Part shown: in pieces, positions 9,435 to 17,338 of the stretch
How positions within the stretch are numbered: position 1 is the stretch's first letter
Layout: each line of letters opens with the position of its first letter
Source: an uncultured Duodenibacillus sp.
GTDB lineage: Bacteria > Pseudomonadota > Gammaproteobacteria > Burkholderiales > Burkholderiaceae_F
DNA length: 64,000 nt
NCBI GenBank assembly: GCA_944390745.1
Contig: CALXQK010000012.1
Span: forward strand, 343-64,342
Reading direction: 5' to 3'
The notes under the pieces: generated by a model
Databases searched by the model: none
Seen by the model: the letters and a program-made list of their open reading frames with translations, nothing else
Told to the model about the DNA's origin: nothing
Made by a program: the position numbers and the translations under genes

Positions 9435-10289
9435 TCACGGCGCTGCCGGCCGCAGGCAGACGCTGTATTGTCGGCCGGTTTCTGTTGACGCTCCGCCGCT
9501 GCCGTGCGGATTGCCGTCAATGAGGCTGATGTGTCTGGCGCGGTTTTTTGCATATGGCGAGAGGCCCGCCCAGTAGCGCTCGGAGACCTTCCAACCCGCG
9601 GCAAGCGCTGCGCCGTAGGCTTGCGGCAGCTTGTTGTAGCGGCCCTTCTGAGCGATCGTCTGCAAATCAGCCGCGCGCGGCATCGAGGCGTTTTACCCCT
9701 GGCAGAAGGCGAGGTGCTCCCTGTAGGAAACCGGGGTCTCGCCGGGCTTTGAAAACCGCGACAGCGGTCCCCTGCCGAACTCCAGGTCCGTGCATGCACT
9801 GCCGCGCACGCCGTCGCTCATGACTGAGGCGCAGACCGTGACGGTGCGCTCGCCCAAAACATCGAAAAGCCGGGCCGAGGCATCGCCGTCCTCGTTTGCG
9901 TGCGTCCAAAAGGCTTCGACGGGCGTCGTACGGCCGGAGACAGGCGCCGACCAGGACAGGCCGGAGGTCATCCTCTCCCAGCCGGGCGCCACCGATCCGT
10001 GGTTGCGGCTCTCACGCACTTCCCAGACAATCTCAAGATTGCGTCCCCTGCCTTGATGCGGCGAGAGATTCAGGGACTGCCCCCGGGGCGAGGCGTCCTT
10101 CACGTGAGCCGTCATCAGGCAGGAGGCAAAGCCCGCCGCCTTGAAGTCCTGCGTCTTGCCGCACTGCGCATCAATCTCAAGCCGCACCCTTGTCTGGGGC
10201 GTGCTCATGCCGGGCATGGCCTCGACGGCGGACGCCGAACACGCAAGCAGACAGAAAAGCGGCAGACAATGCATGAAGGGTCGGGACAT
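9435..10289 (-). pseudogene. Secreted/lipoprotein-like DUF1566 (Lcl C-terminal domain) protein interrupted by an in-frame TAA
   Basis: The 198-aa ORF (9693-10289; signal-like 'MSRPFMHCLPLFCLLACSASA') ends '...YREHLAFCQG' at TAA 9693-9695. The 82-aa ORF 9435-9683 is in the same frame four codons later. It continues the DUF1566 pattern ('MPRAADLQ...', 'YWAG', 'SLIDGN', terminal 'YSVCLR'). Confidence 0.45.
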
Positions 10290-10568
10290 ATGCTGTTTTC
10301 TCCAGGGAGTCAGAGACGAAATCCTAAGGCCGCGGTCTTTGCCCGTGCTGAAGGCGGCGGCTCCCGTCGCTGCGTTCATGGCTTTCGTTGTTCTCTTGAC
10401 CCGATCGCCCCGATCACGTGCACGATCGTCGCAACCCCGGGCGCTGAAAGCGCCTTTGAGAGGCGCACGTGCTAGCCTTGCCCCACCTGACGGCGATGCG
10501 CCCGTTTCTGTCTTCGGACGTCGCCCGCGGGAGTCCGCCCTGAGCTTGCAAGCTTCTTTTATCCAACC

Positions 10569-11255
10569 ATGCCCACCTACTCCACCGACTCCGTTCCCTG
10601 CATTCGCTTTGACATCGACCGCGACGCCCGCATCGGTCTGCCCGAGGCAGTCTTTTGCGAAGGCAAGCCGCGCCGCGCGCTTGAGACGCTTCTTGAGCGC
10701 TTTGCCGATCCGGCGCAAAAGCCCATTCTCTTTACGCGCCTTGCGCCCGAGGTGTTTCACGCCCTCCCGCAGAACCTGCAGGAGGTCTACGACTACGAGG
10801 CGCTGAGCCGCACGGCCTGGCGCACGACGCTGCCGCGGCACGAAAAGGGCGCCGCGGCGGTGGTGAGCGCGGGCACGGCCGACGGCCGCACGGCGCGCGA
10901 GGTCTCCCGCACGCTCGAGTACCTGGGCTGGACGGCGCGGCGCTTTGAGGACTGCGGCGTGGCCGGGCTCTGGCGCATCGAGGCCGCCATCGCGGAGATC
11001 AACAAGGCCGACGTGGTGATTGTGGTCGCCGGGCTTGACGCGGCGCTGGCAAGCGTCGTGGGCGGACTCACCTCCCGGCCTCTTTTTGCCGTGCCCACGT
11101 CGGTGGGCTACGGCATTGCCGAACACGGCCGCACCGCCCTCTCGAGCATGCTCGCCTCGTGCGCTCCGGGCGTGGCGGTCTTCAACATCGACAACGGCTA
11201 CGGCGCGGCCTGCGCCGCCGCGCGCGTGCTGCACGCGATCTACCCGCAGGACTAG
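10569..11255 (+). CDS. larB: LarB, nickel-pincer cofactor biosynthesis protein (PurE-like NaAD carboxylase/hydrolase)
   Basis: 228-aa ORF with a PurE-like core: 'AAVVSAGTADGRTAREV', 'VIVVAGLDAALASVVGGLTSRPLFAVPTSVGYG', 'FNIDNGYGAA'. Confidence 0.85.
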   Translation: MPTYSTDSVPCIRFDIDRDARIGLPEAVFCEGKPRRALETLLERFADPAQKPILFTRLAPEVFHALPQNLQEVYDYEALSRTAWRTTLPRHEKGAAAVVSAGTADGRTAREVSRTLEYLGWTARRFEDCGVAGLWRIEAAIAEINKADVVIVVAGLDAALASVVGGLTSRPLFAVPTSVGYGIAEHGRTALSSMLASCAPGVAVFNIDNGYGAACAAARVLHAIYPQD

Positions 11256-11291
11256 GGCGCCGCCGTTTTTTTCTTCGAGGAACACCCTGCC

Positions 11292-12119
11292 ATGTCAAAC
11301 GCTGTGCATGACGTTTTCGAGCGCCCGGTGCTCACCGTGCGCATTCACTCCGGCCTCAACGCCGAGAGCTTTCTTGCCGGACTTCTGAGCGTGACGAGCC
11401 CGGCCCCGCTGCTCGATCCCCAGGGGCTTCTCGAGGCGCGCTTTCCGCACGTCCCCGCCCGCCTGACCCTCGAGCAGCGCTCTGTGAACGGCATCAGCGG
11501 CGCGTGCTGCCGCATCGAGGTCGACGAGGCCGGGCGTCACCGCCATCATGACGATGGGCACGCGCACGAGCACGAGCACGCGCATCACCACGCGCACCGC
11601 AGTCCTGCCGACATCGAGGCCTTCTACGAGCAGTACGGGGCGCTTACGCCCGCCGCGCGCGAGCTTGCGCGCAGCATCTGGTCGGTGCTTGCCTCGGCCG
11701 AGGCCCGCGTGCACGGCGCCTCGCCCGAGACCGTGCACTTTCACGAGGTGGGCCGCACGAGCAACATTCTTGCCGTGGGCCTCATCGCCGAACTCATTGC
11801 CGCCGTCAATCCCCGGGACATTGTCTCAAGCCCCGTGCCGCTTGCCGACGGCGAGGTGCGCTGCGCCCACGGCGTGGTCACCAACCCGGCCCCGGCGCTG
11901 CTGCAGATGCTCGACGGCGTGGCCGTCAAGCCCTTTTCGGGCGAGGGCGAGGCGGTCACCCCCACGGGCCTGGCGATCCTTCTCGGTCTCGGCGCGCGCT
12001 TCGACCGCTGGCCCGCCATGCGCATCGAGCGCCTTGCCACCGCCTTTCACAACGCCAGGGTCTTCGAGGGAACGGCCAACGGGCTGGTCTTTGCCCTCGG
12101 CGAAGCGCTCCCGGACTAG
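11292..12119 (+). CDS. larC: LarC-like nickel insertion protein, N-terminal (LarC1-type) portion only, with a His-rich tract
   Basis: DUF111 blocks 'FHEVGRTSNILAVGLIAELI', 'SPVPLADGEVRCAHGVVTNPAPALLQML' and 'GEAVTPTGLAILL'. His-rich 'HRHHDDGHAHEHEHAHHHAH'. The ORF is only 275 aa and no LarC2-like region follows. Confidence 0.7.
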   Translation: MSNAVHDVFERPVLTVRIHSGLNAESFLAGLLSVTSPAPLLDPQGLLEARFPHVPARLTLEQRSVNGISGACCRIEVDEAGRHRHHDDGHAHEHEHAHHHAHRSPADIEAFYEQYGALTPAARELARSIWSVLASAEARVHGASPETVHFHEVGRTSNILAVGLIAELIAAVNPRDIVSSPVPLADGEVRCAHGVVTNPAPALLQMLDGVAVKPFSGEGEAVTPTGLAILLGLGARFDRWPAMRIERLATAFHNARVFEGTANGLVFALGEALPD

Positions 12120-12156
12120 GCCGCCAGGGCGCGCCTTCCCGTTCGCTTCCGACAAA

Positions 12157-12217
12157 AGGGCGCCCGCGCAAAGGCCGTCCCCCTTCAAAAGCGGGAGGCG
12201 TTTTGCGCGGGCGCCCT
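12157..12217. terminator. Long inverted repeat between the convergent larC and phosphomannomutase genes (possible bidirectional terminator)
   Basis: Perfect 16-bp arms AGGGCGCCCGCGCAAA (12157-12172) / TTTGCGCGGGCGCCCT (12202-12217) around a 29-nt loop. There is no clean U-tract. Confidence 0.4.
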
Positions 12218-12253
12218 GCATTCCTTGAGCGCCTGGCCCCCGGGAAAATGCCG

Positions 12254-13636
12254 CTAGAAGGGCAGCTTGATGGAGGGATCCACGCTCTTGAGGAACGCGC
12301 CGAAGCGCTTCTTGATGCGCTCGAGCGCCTGCGGCGTGTCGCCCTCTAGGCGCAGCACCACCACCGGGGTGGTGTTCGAGGAGCGCGCCAGCGCAAAGCC
12401 GTCCTTGAATTCAACGCGCAGTCCGTCGATGAGGATCACGTCCTCAGCGTCGTCAAACTTCGCCGCCGCCCGGATCTTTTCAATGAAGCGCTTGTTTTCG
12501 CCCTCGGCCATCGGAATCTGCAGCTCGGGCGTGTTGACGGCCGTGGGCAGGCTGTCGAGCAGCGCCGACGGATTGTCCGTGCGGCTGACGATCTCAAGAA
12601 GCCGCGCCGCGGCGTAGGCCCCGTCGTCGAATCCCGGCCAGCGGCCGTCGTTGAAGAAGAGGTGTCCGCTCATTTCGCCCGCAAAGGGAGCGCCCGTTTC
12701 ACGCAGCCGCGCCTTCACAAGCGAGTGGCCCGTGGCCGAGATCGTCGGCACGCCGCCGTGCTCGCGAATCCAGGGCACGAGCGCACGCGTGCACTTGACG
12801 TCGTAGATGATCTGCGCGCCCGGGTGCCGGGCAAGGATGTCGGCGGCAAACAGCATCATCTGCCGGTCGGGATAGATGATCGAGCCCGACTTCGTCACGA
12901 CGCCGAGCCGGTCGCCGTCGCCGTCAAAGGCAAGGCCCAGCTCCACATCGCTCGTCTTCACCGCCTCGATCAGATCGGCAAGGTTCGCGGGCTTGCTCGG
13001 ATCGGGATGGTGGTTGGGGAAATGTCCGTCCACGTCGAAGTAAAGCTCCCGCACCTCGGCGCCGATGGCCTCGAACATGCGCCGCACGGTGGGGCCGGTG
13101 ACGCCGTTGCCGCAGTCGACGGCAACCTTCACGCGGCGGGCAAGATGCACGTCGGAGGCGATCTTTTCCAGATAGGGGCCGATCACGTCGACCTCCTCAA
13201 CCGTGCCGGGCCGCTCGGCGACGATGAAGTCCTCGGCCTCGATCATGTCGGCCAGGCGCGCGATGCCCTCGCCGAAAAGCGTGCGGCCCGCCAGCATCAT
13301 CTTCAGGCCGTTGTACTCGGGCGGATTGTGCGAGCCGGTCACCGCCACGCCCGAGCCGTTTTGAAAGTAGGTCGTCGCAAAGTAGAGCACGGGCGTGGGC
13401 GTCATGCCGATGCTGCGCACGTTCACCCCGGTGCCCGCGATGCCCTCGATGAGCGCCGCGGCAAGCGCCGGGCCGGAGAGCCGGCCGTCACGGCCCACGC
13501 ACATCTCGCGCACGCCCTCGCGCACCGCGAGCGTGCCGAGCGCGCGGCCCACGGCGCGGGCCGCCTCCTCGGTCAGGGTCTTTCCGACGATGCCCCGAAT
13601 GTCATAAGCTTTGAAAATTGAACGGTCTACCTGCAT
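12254..13636 (-). CDS. Phosphomannomutase/phosphoglucomutase
   Basis: Active-site Ser loop 'VTGSHNPPEYNG' and metal loop 'FDGDGDRLG'. I prefer the ATG at 13636 ('MQVDRSIFKAYDIRG', the canonical N-terminus) over the track start at 13852. Confidence 0.9.
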   Translation of the reverse strand: MQVDRSIFKAYDIRGIVGKTLTEEAARAVGRALGTLAVREGVREMCVGRDGRLSGPALAAALIEGIAGTGVNVRSIGMTPTPVLYFATTYFQNGSGVAVTGSHNPPEYNGLKMMLAGRTLFGEGIARLADMIEAEDFIVAERPGTVEEVDVIGPYLEKIASDVHLARRVKVAVDCGNGVTGPTVRRMFEAIGAEVRELYFDVDGHFPNHHPDPSKPANLADLIEAVKTSDVELGLAFDGDGDRLGVVTKSGSIIYPDRQMMLFAADILARHPGAQIIYDVKCTRALVPWIREHGGVPTISATGHSLVKARLRETGAPFAGEMSGHLFFNDGRWPGFDDGAYAAARLLEIVSRTDNPSALLDSLPTAVNTPELQIPMAEGENKRFIEKIRAAAKFDDAEDVILIDGLRVEFKDGFALARSSNTTPVVVLRLEGDTPQALERIKKRFGAFLKSVDPSIKLPF

Positions 13637-13980
13637 GACTGCCTTTCCTGTACGTAGAGGACTGCGCCCGGCGCCGCGGTCCGCGGACAAGGGGCCCCGG
13701 GGCGCGCTTGAGTCCGCCGTGCGCGGACGGCGCTGATGGTGCGCCATTTTAGCCGCGTGAGCAGAATCTTTTAGGCAAAAACTCCCGGTGCGTTTTACCT
13801 GCCGCAAGAACAAGCCGCAGCCGCCGGCATTCAAGGCGCCGACGGTTTTCAAAGAGTCATGCCCCGCGGTAAACTACGATTTTTGTCAGATTCACCATGC
13901 ACGAGGGCCCGGGGTGTTCCAGCCGTGACTGAGGCCTTCGTGCGGCAAGTCGTCACAGAACACTACACACCGGAGCACCT

Positions 13981-15780
13981 ATGCGTACCGTTTACTGTGG
14001 CCTGGTCGATGAGAAGTACATCGGCCAGACTGTCACCCTCTACGGGTGGGCTCATCGCCGCCGCGACCACGGCGGGGTGATTTTCATTGATCTGCGCGAC
14101 CGCGAGGGTCTTGTGCAGGTCGTCTGCGATCCGGACCGTCCGGAAGTCTTTCAAACCGCCGACAAGGTGCGCAACGAGTACTGCCTCAAGGTTGAGGGCT
14201 TGGTGCGCGCCCGTCCCGAAGGCACGAAGAATCCCTCGCTCATCTCGGGCGGCGTCGAGGTGCTCTGCCAGAATCTCGAGGTCATCAATCCGTCCCTGCC
14301 GCCGCCGTTCCAGCTCGACGACGACACGGTGAGCGAATCGGCGCGCCTGACCTACCGCGTGCTCGATCTGCGCCGCCCGCAGATGCAGAAGAACCTCAAG
14401 CTGCGTTTCAAGGTGACGCAGGCCTTCCGGCACTTCCTCGACGACCACGGCTTCATCGACATCGAGACGCCGTTTCTCACGAAGTCCACGCCCGAGGGCG
14501 CCCGCGACTACCTCGTGCCCTCGCGCACGATGGAGGGCCACTTCTTCGCCCTGCCGCAGTCCCCGCAGCTCTTCAAGCAGCTGCTGATGGTGGCCGGGTT
14601 CGACCGCTACTACCAGATCGTGAAGTGCTTCCGCGACGAGGATCTTCGCGCCGACCGCCAGCCCGAGTTCACCCAGGTCGATATCGAGACCTCGTTCCTC
14701 GACCAGCAGGAAATCCGCGACATCATGGAAAGCCTCGTGCGCTACGTCTTCAAGACGTGCCTTGATGTGGACCTCGTCGCCGCCGATGCGCGCTTCCCGG
14801 TCATGCAGTACCGCGACGCCATGGCGCTCTACGGCTCGGACAAGCCCGACCTGCGCGTGAAGCTGCAGCTGACGGAGGTCACCGACCTCGTCGTCAACAG
14901 CGACTTCAAGGTCTTCAGCTCCGTGAAGAACCTGCACAACGGCAAGGTCGTCGCCATGCGCGTGCCCGGCGCCTGCGCCATGCCGCGCTCGGAAATCGAC
15001 GGCTACACCGAGTTTGTGAAGATCTACGGCGCCAAGGGCCTTGCCTACATCAAGGTCAACGACAAGGCCGCCGGCCGCGAGGGCCTGCAAAGCCCCATCG
15101 TCAAGAACCTCTCCGATGAGATCCTCGCCGGCCTGCTCGAGGCGACCGGAGCCGAAAACGGCGACATCATCTTCTTCGGCGCCGACAAGGCCAAGATCGT
15201 CTACGACAGCCTCGGCGCCCTGCGCCTGCGCATCGGCCACAGCGAATTCGGCAAGAAGAACGGTCTCTTCGAGGACGGCTGGAAGCCCCTGTGGGTCGTC
15301 GACTTTCCGATGTTCGAGTTCTCCGAGGAGGAGAACCGCTGGATGGCCTGCCACCATCCGTTCACGGCGCCGCACGACGACTGCGTCGACAAGCTCATCA
15401 CCGACCCCGAGAACTGCTACGCCAAGGCCTACGACATGGTTCTCAACGGCTGGGAGATCGGCGGCGGCTCGGTTCGTATCCACCGCGCCGACGTGCAGAG
15501 CAAGGTCTTCGAGGCCCTCAAGATCGGCCCCGAGGAGGCCAAGCTCAAGTTCGGCTTCCTGCTTGACGCGCTGCAGTACGGCGCGCCGCCCCACGGCGGC
15601 ATCGCCTTCGGCCTGGACCGCATCGTGACGATGATGGCGGGCGCTCCGTCGATTCGCGACGTGATCGCCTTCCCGAAGACCCAGCGCGCGCAGTGCCTGC
15701 TCACGGGCGCGCCCACCGTGGTCGACGAAAAGCAGCTGCGCGAGCTGCACATCCGCCTGCGCAACGAGCCCAAGGCCTAG
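13981..15780 (+). CDS. aspS: Aspartate--tRNA ligase
   Basis: 599-aa ORF with class II motifs: '[16 protein letters not shown]', '[16 protein letters not shown]', 'GGGSVRIH', '[13 protein letters not shown]'. Confidence 0.95.
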   Translation: MRTVYCGLVDEKYIGQTVTLYGWAHRRRDHGGVIFIDLRDREGLVQVVCDPDRPEVFQTADKVRNEYCLKVEGLVRARPEGTKNPSLISGGVEVLCQNLEVINPSLPPPFQLDDDTVSESARLTYRVLDLRRPQMQKNLKLRFKVTQAFRHFLDDHGFIDIETPFLTKSTPEGARDYLVPSRTMEGHFFALPQSPQLFKQLLMVAGFDRYYQIVKCFRDEDLRADRQPEFTQVDIETSFLDQQEIRDIMESLVRYVFKTCLDVDLVAADARFPVMQYRDAMALYGSDKPDLRVKLQLTEVTDLVVNSDFKVFSSVKNLHNGKVVAMRVPGACAMPRSEIDGYTEFVKIYGAKGLAYIKVNDKAAGREGLQSPIVKNLSDEILAGLLEATGAENGDIIFFGADKAKIVYDSLGALRLRIGHSEFGKKNGLFEDGWKPLWVVDFPMFEFSEEENRWMACHHPFTAPHDDCVDKLITDPENCYAKAYDMVLNGWEIGGGSVRIHRADVQSKVFEALKIGPEEAKLKFGFLLDALQYGAPPHGGIAFGLDRIVTMMAGAPSIRDVIAFPKTQRAQCLLTGAPTVVDEKQLRELHIRLRNEPKA

Positions 15781-15825
15781 TGCGCGCACCGGCTGCCGGC
15801 ATCCCTGGATCTGGCAGCGCGCAGA

Positions 15826-15862
15826 GCCGTTCGTGCCGACCGCCGGCACGGACGGCTTTTTT
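15826..15862 (+). terminator. Rho-independent terminator after aspS
   Basis: 13-bp stem GCCGTTCGTGCCG / CGGCACGGACGGC (one G-U pair), a 5-nt loop, then TTTTTT (15857-15862). Confidence 0.75.
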
Positions 15863-15966
15863 GCGCCCGTGCGCTTCTCATCCGTACGGCTGATTAGGGG
15901 TTTTCACCGGGACGCGGCCGCTATACTTGAGCACGTAAAAAATTCTTTGGATTCAGACTTCTCACG

Positions 15967-16344
15967 ATGGAAATCACCACCACAAGGCAACAGCTGCGCG
16001 CCTTTGGCGAACGTTTGAAGACCGAGCGCGAAAAGCGCGGTTATTCGCAGCAGCAGATCGCGCAGCTGCTCGGCATTGCGCCGGAAGACTACATCGCGCA
16101 TGAAAAAGGACTCCGCGAGATGGGCGTTCTGGCCCTCACCCGCCTGCAGTCGGTGGGACTCGACGCTTTTTTCGTTCTCACGGGCGAGCGCTTCGCCCCG
16201 GCACGCGAGGAAAGCGAGCTGCTGCAGCGCTTCCGCGAACTCTCGCTCAAGGGGCGCACGTCGATCTTCATGACGCTTGATGCGCTCGAGCGCCTTGCCC
16301 CCAACCTGCAGCGGCGCATCCGCGCCTCGCTTGCGCACGACTAG
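15967..16344 (+). CDS. XRE-family helix-turn-helix transcriptional regulator
   Basis: 125-aa ORF. 'LRAFGERLKTEREKRGYSQQQIAQLLGIAPEDYIAHEKG' is a classic Cro/C1-type HTH. Confidence 0.7.
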   Translation: MEITTTRQQLRAFGERLKTEREKRGYSQQQIAQLLGIAPEDYIAHEKGLREMGVLALTRLQSVGLDAFFVLTGERFAPAREESELLQRFRELSLKGRTSIFMTLDALERLAPNLQRRIRASLAHD

Positions 16345-16403
16345 CGGCTGACCGGGCAGCCGGCGGACGGGCGGCCTTCAGGGCCGCCCCGGGCAATACC
16401 CAT

Positions 16404-16784
16404 TCACGTCTCCGCCCGGCCTGCGTTCGAAGACTCCCTTGCCTTTTTCTCGGGCGCTTCGCCGCCTGCGGCCTGTTGCGCCTGCCTTTTTGCGGGGGCA
16501 TCGGCCGAAAGCGTCTGCGCGGCCTGCCAGAGGACCGCAACAGCGTCCTTGAGCGCGGCGGCTGCGCGCTGCGCAGTCCCCAGCCACTGGTCGATGCGCG
16601 CGGCCGCAGTCCTTGCCAGGGCGAGAGTTTCGCGGGGCCGGGCGATCATGGCGGCTGCCGCAAGCGCCAGGACAACGCCTGCGGCAGCCAGCAGCATCGC
16701 CGCGGCCAGCGCGGCCAGCGCAAAGGCCGCAAGCACGACAATGGCAAGAAGAACGGCGCGCAGACAGCCGCTGACAAGATTCAT
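16404..16784 (-). CDS. Hypothetical membrane-anchored protein (last gene of the P1B-ATPase operon)
   Basis: 126-aa ORF. Ala/Leu-rich N-terminal transmembrane stretch followed by an Ala-rich helical tail. It is co-directional with the HMA-like gene and 28 nt downstream of it. No motif recognised. Confidence 0.4.
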   Translation of the reverse strand: MNLVSGCLRAVLLAIVVLAAFALAALAAAMLLAAAGVVLALAAAAMIARPRETLALARTAAARIDQWLGTAQRAAAALKDAVAVLWQAAQTLSADAPAKRQAQQAAGGEAPEKKARESSNAGRAET

Positions 16785-16811
16785 GGGATGGCCTCCTGTC
16801 AGTGCAAGTCT

Positions 16812-17315
16812 TCAAAGCACGCGCCGATGGTCGTTGGCATGCAGCGCCGTCATCAGCGCAAAGGCCCAGCCAAGCACGCCGTGCAGACGCCTTGAGAAGG
16901 CAAGCGAGGCGACGCTCGCCGCACCAAGCCCCAGCATCACGCGGTTTTTGGCCATGCGGCGCGCCCGCTTGATGTTTGAAACGCCCGGCACCAGCATCCG
17001 GGCAAGCGCATCGAGCCGGCGCTCCTGCTGAGATCGCTCGCACGGCCGTTGAACTGCAGGCGCCCTGAGCCCGGCAAGAAGCCATTGCGCAAGCCCAAGG
17101 AGCTCCTCATCAGAAATCTTTCGCACATCCCAGTACAGCAGCAGACTGCCCGTGCGCGGATTGACGCGCACGGACTGCACGCCGTCGACGGCGGAAATTG
17201 TCTGCCGCAGCGCCTCAATTTCCCCGGCCGCAAGATTCTTGAGCGCCTCATGGCGCACCCGCACGCGTCCGGGAACGCAGCTTCGGATCGCCTCTTCGAT
17301 TGCCGTCATCTTCAA
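16812..17315 (-). CDS. HMA-like (ferredoxin-fold, CxxC-less) domain protein with a C-terminal membrane segment
   Basis: 'GRVRVRHEALKN...ISAVDGVQSVRVNPRTGSLLLYWD' parallels the N-terminal domain of the adjacent ATPase ('AVAGVTGVRVRPRTGSVICTVD'). No CxxC is present. Confidence 0.55.
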   Translation of the reverse strand: MKMTAIEEAIRSCVPGRVRVRHEALKNLAAGEIEALRQTISAVDGVQSVRVNPRTGSLLLYWDVRKISDEELLGLAQWLLAGLRAPAVQRPCERSQQERRLDALARMLVPGVSNIKRARRMAKNRVMLGLGAASVASLAFSRRLHGVLGWAFALMTALHANDHRRVL

Positions 17316-17338
17316 ATCTCCTTTTCTTCAAGCTCGCC

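Noticed and set aside
9693-11285. The 530-aa ORF on the minus strand spanning the larB region.
   Set aside because: Only its C-terminal 198 codons (from the ATG at 10289, with a signal peptide) look like a real protein. The upstream part is antisense to larB and low-complexity.
11548-12228. Alternative-frame ORF overlapping larC. I considered it as a possible frameshifted LarC2 continuation, as in Lactiplantibacillus larC1/larC2.
   Set aside because: Its translation is Pro/Arg/Ser/Thr-rich with no DUF111 C-terminal similarity. It overlaps almost the whole of larC rather than following it.
12254-13852. N-terminal extensions of track ORFs: 13637-13852 of the phosphomannomutase, 28447-28863 of the TorD-like gene, 30237-30419 of the NapH-GltD gene, 52390-52560 of the flavocytochrome, 55033-55128 of argS, 2580-2696 of the psiE-like gene, 43416-43541 and 44062-44226 of the nosL genes.
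   Set aside because: The extensions are Arg/Pro-rich, overlap upstream genes or lack similarity to family N-termini. Internal starts coincide with canonical N-termini, signal peptides and/or SD sequences.
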